Shown here: positions 52,814 through 64,000 of the stretch, in pieces
Layout: every line of letters starts with the position of its first letter
Position numbering within the stretch: position 1 is the first letter of the stretch
Source: Eledone cirrhosa
Lineage: Eukaryota
Direction: 5' to 3'
Assembly: GCA_964016885.1 (NCBI GenBank)
Contig: OZ024743.1
Span: 33,232,001-33,296,000 of the forward strand
Length of the DNA: 64,000 nucleotides
Program-made: the position numbers and the translations under genes
Notes under the pieces: model-generated
Seen by the model: the letters and a program-made list of their open reading frames with translations, nothing else
Database searches by the model: none
What the model was told of the DNA's origin: nothing

Positions 52814-54150
52814 TTTCTGAATTTGTTTAGCAAGATTCTTTATCTGAAAACATCTGTTGAAACCGATATTGTTATACTTTGGGAGGGTCATGTTGCCAAT
52901 AAGAAACCCACGCACCAGTTGCTTTCACTTCAATTTATTATAATAAATTTATAAATTTCCAGTTGGTTGGTTGGTTCCACAACCAGATGGTTGTTTATAT
53001 ATTGTCAAAGTTCTTTCGTCACACATTCTGTGACCTCTTCAGTGACTGGGGATTCTTTTCTTTGTTTTTTGTGCCTCTCCTTTGTTCTGTCCTACTCCAT
53101 CTTGTTTTTGTGTGTGTGTTGTGTGCTTAGTTTGCGCATGTGTTACATCCGGGTGTCTGTGTGTGTTTATATTCATTTATTTATTTGTTTTATGTGCGTG
53201 TGTGTTTTCATTTTGTCCTTAATTGTAAGTTGTGATGTTGCTGTTCCACTCATGTTTTCTATTTAATTTTGGTTGTAATTCATTTATGTTTATTGCCTCT
53301 GTGATTTGTCTAAACATTGCGTCTTTTCTGTGTGTAGATTCTATTTTTATTTCTATGTTCTCTAATTTACCCTTATGTTCTATTTTAGCATGTTGGTAGA
53401 GTACAGATGATTCTTTACTATCTTGAAGGTCTCGCCAGTGTTCATTTATCCGTTCCCCTCTACTACAAGCTGTCTGACCTATGTACACTATATTTTTATC
53501 TCTACATTGTCCTTCAGTACATCTTATGCTATATACTACATATCTAGTTTTACAGTTAATATGGGGGCTTAATTTACAGATTATACATTTCTTATCTATA
53601 CAGGGAGGTCTTTGAAAAGGGTATGTCTTGTTAATAAGTGTTTTTATGGAGGTACCTGGTCTTTCTACTATCTTAATATTGAGTTTATGTTTATCTAGGG
53701 CCCTTCTAAATTTGTAAGCTAATTCACCTCTAGGGGTTGTATCGATGAACATTACACTCCGGTAGTTATTGCTAACATACTATGAGTTTATTCTATTAGC
53801 CTTATTCCTAGTTCTTTCTATTCTATTCCAAAATTTGCTCCTATACAAGGGGCAAGTCCCATTTGTGTCATTATTTACCATTTTATCCCATTTGGTTCTG
53901 GCTCCTCTATACACTCTGATTTTAACTCTCTGATTGTAACCAGAGAACTGCATATGGTGGATGAAGTGTTGTATGTGTCTCTCTAGTTCTTCGGGGTTGC
54001 AGATGCGGGACACGTTTCTCATCACCCGTACCAAATCCACAATCAGTATGTTGATTTTGGTATGGTCCGAAACAGCTGAGTTTCGGTGGATCAGATATTT
54101 GGAAGTCATCGGTTTGGCATAATGGGAATGGAGGATTTGTATTTTGTTAT
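52811..54150 (-). mobile_element. 5'-truncated Penelope-like element (RT thumb, Cys-rich linker, GIY-YIG), possibly Naiad-like
   Basis: HYAKPM...HRNSA...FSGY; CxxxxCxxC...C; VVYSIRC..C...VYIGQT...RINEH...EAI...LN; ORFs 53780-54145 and 53219-53752 are in the same frame, separated by one TAG at an expected Trp (SWY). Confidence 0.9.
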
Positions 54151-54164
54151 TAATATATATATAC

Positions 54165-54201
<37 letters not shown>

Positions 54202-54206
54202 AATAC

Positions 54207-54326
<120 letters not shown>

Positions 54327-54368
54327 ATATATATAGATATGTATATATACATATCTATATATATATAT

Positions 54369-54608
<240 letters not shown>

Positions 54609-54609
54609 T

Positions 54610-54796
54610 CACGGTGGTGAATTGGCAGTATCGGTAGAGGGTCGGACGCCATGCTTTCCACCATAGTTACGTCCCTTTACGATCTGAGTTCAAATCCCGC
54701 CGAGGTTGACTTTGCCTTTCATCCTTACGGGGTCGATAAAATAAAGTACCAGTAATGAACTGGGTAATTGCTGGCCTTGTGCCTAAAGTAGAAACA
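54610..54796 (+). mobile_element. Meta-type SINE between TA tracts
   Basis: Consensus match. Confidence 0.9.
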
Positions 54797-54854
<58 letters not shown>

Positions 54855-54855
54855 C

Positions 54856-58475
<3,620 letters not shown>

Positions 58476-58488
58476 TATATACATATAC

Positions 58489-58633
<145 letters not shown>

Positions 58634-58638
58634 TATAC

Positions 58639-58705
<67 letters not shown>

Positions 58706-58720
58706 CATATATATATATAC

Positions 58721-59378
58721 ATACGTGAACGGCAAAGCATAAACGAACTAAGGAAAAAATTAGAGATAAGAGGGATCAGATGTTGTTTACTCGAGAGAAG
58801 GCTACGTTGGTATGGACACGTGATGCGCATGAAAGTCGATAGCTGTATAACAAAGTGCAGGGCAATAAAGATAGACGGTAGCCACGGAATAGGCAGACCT
58901 AGAAAAACATGGGATGAGCTGATAAACTCCGACCTCACACACTTACACCTCTCCAAGACAATGTCACTGGACCGAGACCTTTGGCGGTACTCAGTAACAG
59001 AGAAGACCCGCCTTGCCAGTAGGCATCTCTAACAAAATACACCCCGTCCCGCCACCACCCCCACCCCATCCACACCACCCCGTTCTATGTAAAGTTATGT
59101 TGGTGCCGCGCCATCCAGGCCGAAACAAATGAGATCGTGTAGGTGTCACAACAAAAAAACACACAGTCCACGCTGTAATGTGGCCGTGTAGGCAACACGG
59201 TAAAAACCTCCCAGACCTACACTGTAAATGTGGTTGGTGTTAGGAAGGGCATCCAACTGTAGAAAACCTGCCAGACAGTCCTATGCGAGCTTGCCTCAAG
59301 TGGGACTACCCCCGTCCAAACCCATGCAAGCGTGGAACACGGACGTTAAACGTTGATGATGATGATGATGATGATGAT
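58721..59378 (+). mobile_element. RTE LINE family A, 5'-truncated young copy, inverted relative to 55080
   Basis: Near-identical reverse complement of 55080-55778; KTRLASRHL end; (GAT)n tail; TA flanks. Confidence 0.95.
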
Positions 59379-59383
59379 ATATT

Positions 59384-59418
<35 letters not shown>

Positions 59419-59830
59419 GTATATGTATACAATAATCGAAGCTATGTTCAAATCATTTTATTGTTGACAATCATTTCTTCCAAACTTTCGTTTGGAATCA
59501 TCGGAGCACTAGCAAAGTTTGTACATATAATTAACCTCCTATTTAACTGAACAATCATATAGATACATGGATATTAATGTTGTCAACAACAGTTTCGTAT
59601 TTACAGAGCTGAATGCTTGCGACAGAGATTACACGCGAATAGTATAATAATTAAAGAGGCATTAAGGTAGAAAGTTACTCGTAAAACGAGGACACTAGCT
59701 GTACATATGCAAGCGTATAGAGAGTACAAATATATATATATATATATATATATTCACGTGCAGACCTAATAAGACTTTCTGCATTTGTTTCCTTTTTTCT
59801 TGAAGTGTGTGTGTGTGTGTGTGTGTGTCA

Positions 59831-59955
59831 GATTCAATTGGGGGTAACCACAGTAAGTAAGGTACTCAATACATAGTACAGTATATAATGTTTAATATAG
59901 AAATGGCTTCTACTGGACTAGAACTGTTTCATTCGAAGGAAATCATCAGGAAAGC
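59831..59955 (-). mobile_element. Penelope-terminus-like mini element (non-fold-back copy of the 32703 family)
   Basis: Minus strand gctttcCTGATGAtttccttcgaatGAAAcagttctagtcc...gtattgagtaccttac; flanked by (GT)n and TA-rich sequence. Confidence 0.7.
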
Positions 59956-60067
59956 TTTATATATTATATATATTATAAGGTTCATGACAAACCACAAACT
60001 ACTCAACTACTTGAAACCCTGGGTAGAGCTTTTGTTCCATGTTTGAACATAAATAAATAACAAAATA

Positions 60068-60222
60068 TAATTGTTTCTACTTTTGGCACAAGGCCAGCAA
60101 TTACCCAGTGCATTACTGGTACTTTATTTTATCGACCCCGTAAGGATGAAAGGCAAAGTCAACCTCGGCGGGATTTGAACTCAGATTGTAAAGGGACGTA
60201 ACTATGCTGCCAATTCACCACC
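60068..60222 (-). mobile_element. Meta-type SINE with an internal deletion in the head
   Basis: Core and tail match; actatgctgccaattcacc junction. Confidence 0.85.
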
Positions 60223-60257
60223 TTTAATAATCTGTGGCAAGTGGCTTTACCATATCT

Positions 60258-61081
60258 ATCATCATCATCATCATCGTTTAACATCCATCTTCCACGCTAG
60301 CATGGGTTTGGACGGGAATTTTCCCACTTGAGGCAAGATTGGGTGTCTTGCTCGCATAGGACTGTCTGGCGGGTTTTCTATGGCTGGATGCCCTTCCTAA
60401 CACCAGCCACGTTTACAGTGTGGACTGGGAGGTTTTTACCATGTTACCTACACGGCCACATTACAGTGTGGACTGTGTATTTTTTGGTTGTGATACCTAC
60501 ACAACCTCATTTATTTAGGACTGGATGTTGTGGTACCAACATAACTTTACATTGAAAGGGGTAGTGTGGATGGGGTGGGGGTAGTGGGACGGGGGTGTAT
60601 TTTTGTTAAGAGGTGCCTACTGACTGTAGGTTTTGCTTTGTACTTAGGCAAAGCGGGTCTTCTGTATTACTGCGTAGCGCCAAAGATCTCGGTCCAGTGA
60701 CATTGTCTTGGAGAGGTGTAAGTGTGTGAGGTCAGAATTTATCAAGTCGTCCCAGGTTTTTCTGGGTCTACCTACTCCGTGGCTACCGTCTATTTTGATC
60801 GCCCTGCACTTTTTTATACAGCTGTCGTCTTGCATGCACATCATGTGACCATACCAACGTAGTCTTCTCTCAAGTAAACAGCATCTGATCCCTCTTATTC
60901 CTAATTTCTCCCTTAGTTCATTTATGCTTTGCCGTTCACGTATATTACTATTACACATCCAACGGAGCATGCAAGCTTCGTTCCTCTCCAGTCTGCTTAT
61001 ATCCTCTGCACACACTGCCCAAGTCTCACTGCCATGTAACATTGCTGTTCGTATGCAAGCATCATACAGCTTGCCTTTCAT

Positions 61082-61087
<6 letters not shown>
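60258..61087 (-). mobile_element. RTE family A, older 5'-truncated copy
   Basis: MKGKLYDACIRTAMLHGSETW...KTRFA*; 3'UTR; truncated at (TA)n. Confidence 0.93.
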
Positions 61088-61112
<25 letters not shown>

Positions 61113-61220
61113 AGCAAGACAAGGTCAGCCGACTGGACACTGCCCACAACAGGACAACCCATCTAACCCATGCTAGCGTGGAAGAACAGAGGTAAAATGG
61201 TGATGAGGATGATGATGATA
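61113..61220 (+). mobile_element. RTE family B 3' stub, head-to-head with the previous element across (TA)n
   Basis: Reverse complement of 14200-14303. Confidence 0.85.
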
Positions 61221-62641
61221 TATATAATCCAAATCAGCATGACACACTATGTGATAAGGCTGGCCCTTTGAATTAAAGGTACGGCCATCTGAGGAGCTTC
61301 TGGTCATCATGATTGCAAATCAAACTTCGTAACCATTTTGCTAATGTTTTTTCTAATGGTTTTATATATCTAACAATGATAAGACATTAGAACAGTTTGT
61401 ATTAGTTCATACATGATTAATAATACTAATGATAATTATGATAAAGATTTTGCTTTATCAGCAAGGGCAGGTTTTTTATGAAGGCTACATTTAACTGAGT
61501 TATTGAAATTGCAACCTCAAGTGAATTTGAACTCAAAATAATTATGGTAAAGTATCTAGTACAAAATTCTACAAATATTATCAATGTTACAATTATTGAT
61601 CTATAATAATTATTGATTTATAATACTCAGGTATAGGTGATTAAATCTTCCTTAGTATGTCCTTGGTATTATATCAACATTTAAATTATGAAAACCTGAT
61701 AGGATTTGAATTCAGACATGGAGTGATGAATCAAAGTATTTTGTAAGCTATTTACCATTTCTGCTATCTCAACACTGTCAGTGTAATAATTAGAATTCTT
61801 ACAATAGAGCAATGAAAGAGAAACAGTAGTGGCAGTTACATGTCTAATGGGAGTGATGAATAGTAATAGAGATGAGTGATGATGAAAGAGAGTGACCTGG
61901 AGGAGAGGAAGTAATGGCTGGCAGGACTAAAAGGGTGATGGTAGACTTGCTATGTGGCAGAAGCAGAGGAACAGTGAGCACTAAGGGGACAAATGAAATA
62001 GATTCTCTGAAATGCTTGGCTGAGTCCCCAGAAGTAATAATACTCCTATGAAATTGTTTACTATCATCGCCGCCACCACCACCTCCTCTTTCTTCTTCTT
62101 CTTCTTCTTCTTCTTCTTCTTCTCCTCTACCACCACCGTCATCATCATCATGTGATATTTTGAACTAGTATGAATAAGGTAAATTTAGGTGAAAATGTGA
62201 AAATGCAAGTTAGGTGTGTTTATTGTGGCACTAATTCTATTCCTCTTATGATAAATTGATTTTATTTTGGATTAGTTACTTTCTCATAAAAAACAGATAT
62301 TTTCTCAGCAAGAGCAGTTTATTTAATATTTTTTTCTAAGTTGATTAACAATCTTTATGTATTTCAAAAGTAATATTTCACCTATATTTTAAACCTACAT
62401 ACCAAACATTGAAATCACTTTATGATAAATCTATACTATCTGTTATATTGTATCAATTTTAGTTAATATATCCATTATGATGATAAAAAATATTTATTAG
62501 CATCATCTTAACTCTTTCTTTAACATATTTTTCATAAACAAATCACCTTTTAACATTCAAATAATTTTGAAGATAATAAAAAATTTGATGGATTATATAA
62601 TTAATTTTCTCATTAAACTATTTTTTTAAAGCATGATTTAA

Positions 62642-62849
62642 CCCTTTAGCATTTACATTTCTCTATATTTACTATTGTACTTTCATGGTAAAGGCTTTAT
62701 CTCACATAATATCGAATCTATGAGATTTTGATATCATTTATTTTGAGAACAATACCTGAACATCAGTATGAGTAGCCAGTTACGACCAGTTTGAACAGAA
62801 AAGGTTGAGAGAATTCTGGCCGGATACGGCCAGTTTAAATGCTACAGGG
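62642..62849 (+). mobile_element. piggyBac-like MITE family 1 (nested in an older MITE 2 remnant)
   Basis: TTAA|CCCTTTAGCATTTA...TAAATGCTACAGGG|TTAA. Confidence 0.9.
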
Positions 62850-62977
62850 TTAACAAAGGTTCTTACATAAAATTATGATGGAAGTTTCTTTAGATGAATA
62901 TAACCACATTAAAGTAAATTGCTTTGTATTTAAAAAAAGGGGCAGTTTGCTGGCAAAATGGTTCATCATCATTATTG

Positions 62978-63161
62978 GATGTGAATTGGCAGTATTGGTA
63001 GAGGGTTGGACATGCTTTCCAGCATAGTTACCACCCTTTACGATCTGAGTTCAAATCCTGCCGAGGTTAACTTTGCCTTTCATCCTTACGGATCAATCAA
63101 ATAAAGTACCAGTAATGTACTGGGTAATTGCTGGCCTTGTGCCAAAAGTAGAAACAATTAT
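62978..63161 (+). mobile_element. Meta-type SINE
   Basis: Consensus match; flanking attattggat duplication. Confidence 0.88.
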
Positions 63162-63319
63162 TGGATTGTCCAACTCATATTAGTCTTCTATTGTTTTCTT
63201 CTGTGTAAATTTACAAACTTAGGTTAACTCCCCAACTTTTACACTTCTTTGGTCTGTATATTTTTCAGGGTTTAATTAACAACTTTTGATATATTTCAAT
63301 GTCTAATATATAATTATGT

Positions 63320-63716
63320 CTCAACATACAGAAGACCCAACTTCACATGGGCACAGGCCAAATCTGAAGCATATATACAGTATGCACCACCCCACCCTCC
63401 CATACATTTCCCATGAGGACAGGCTGAAGTATACATCCAGTTCAGCTGCCAGCCCACACTGTAAAGTGTTTGTGTAGGTGTCATGACAGAAAGCATCCAA
63501 TCCACACAGTTAAGTGGTTGTGTATGTTTCACAACAAAAAGCACCCAGCACTCACTATAAATGAGGTTGCCATTAGGAAGGGCATCCAGCTATAGAAACC
63601 AAGCCAAAATCAGTTCTGTATGAGCAAGACATGGTCACCTGACCTAACATTGCCCACAACAGAACAACTCGTCTAACCCATGCTAGCATGGAAAAATGGT
63701 GATGGTGATGATGATG
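63320..63716 (+). mobile_element. RTE family B 3'UTR copy with internal duplications
   Basis: Homologous to 14198-14500 in reverse; (GAT)n tail. Confidence 0.8.
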
Positions 63717-63918
63717 AACTGCCCACATTGTAGTATTTTTTCCTTTTTACTGATTTCACTCAGAAAACTGCAGCCATGCTGAGGCACCACCTTGATTTAG
63801 TTGAGCATATCGATCCAAGTACATTTTTTTCATGTCTCGTACTTATTATATCGATTTATTTTTTCCTCAACTAATAAGTTACAGGACTGATACAAATGTA
63901 AACAGACACAAACACAAG

Positions 63919-63968
<50 letters not shown>

Positions 63969-64000
63969 GGGAAAAGCGGACGTAAAATGATGATGATATG

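Noticed and set aside
52843-52870. ctgaaaa-catctgtt-gaaa-ccgata hammerhead-like string near the PLE end
   Set aside because: C3-A8 mismatch, poor helices, and antisense to the PLE ORF
53780-53782. In-frame stop in the PLE ORF as possible selenocysteine recoding
   Set aside because: The codon is TAG at an expected Trp, best explained as a TGG>TAG mutation

Overview
AT-rich eukaryotic DNA that appears intronic or intergenic, most likely from an octopus/cephalopod (inferred from the SINE and RTE repertoire and the extreme (TA)n content). No host protein-coding gene can be called with confidence; only a few weak exon candidates are seen. Retroelements dominate: a nearly full-length RTE LINE with an uninterrupted APE-RT ORF and a PHD finger inside the RT (55.1-58.4 kb), several near-identical 5'-truncated RTE copies, two Penelope-like (GIY-YIG) elements, CR1 and CRE relics, a solo LTR, and two abundant tRNA-derived SINE families (CORE-type and Meta-type). 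DNA transposons include piggyBac-like and hAT MITEs with TSDs, a mini-Helitron and a Tc1/mariner relic. The most interesting layer is non-coding. At least five different minimal type-I hammerhead-ribozyme-like motifs are present, each with its own palindromic helix III. Short fold-back Penelope-terminus elements have breakpoints at the hammerhead core. Almost all young retroelements sit in (TA)n tracts, and one SINE head is joined to three different LINE-derived tails. All calls are from manual reading; no searches or folding programs were run.
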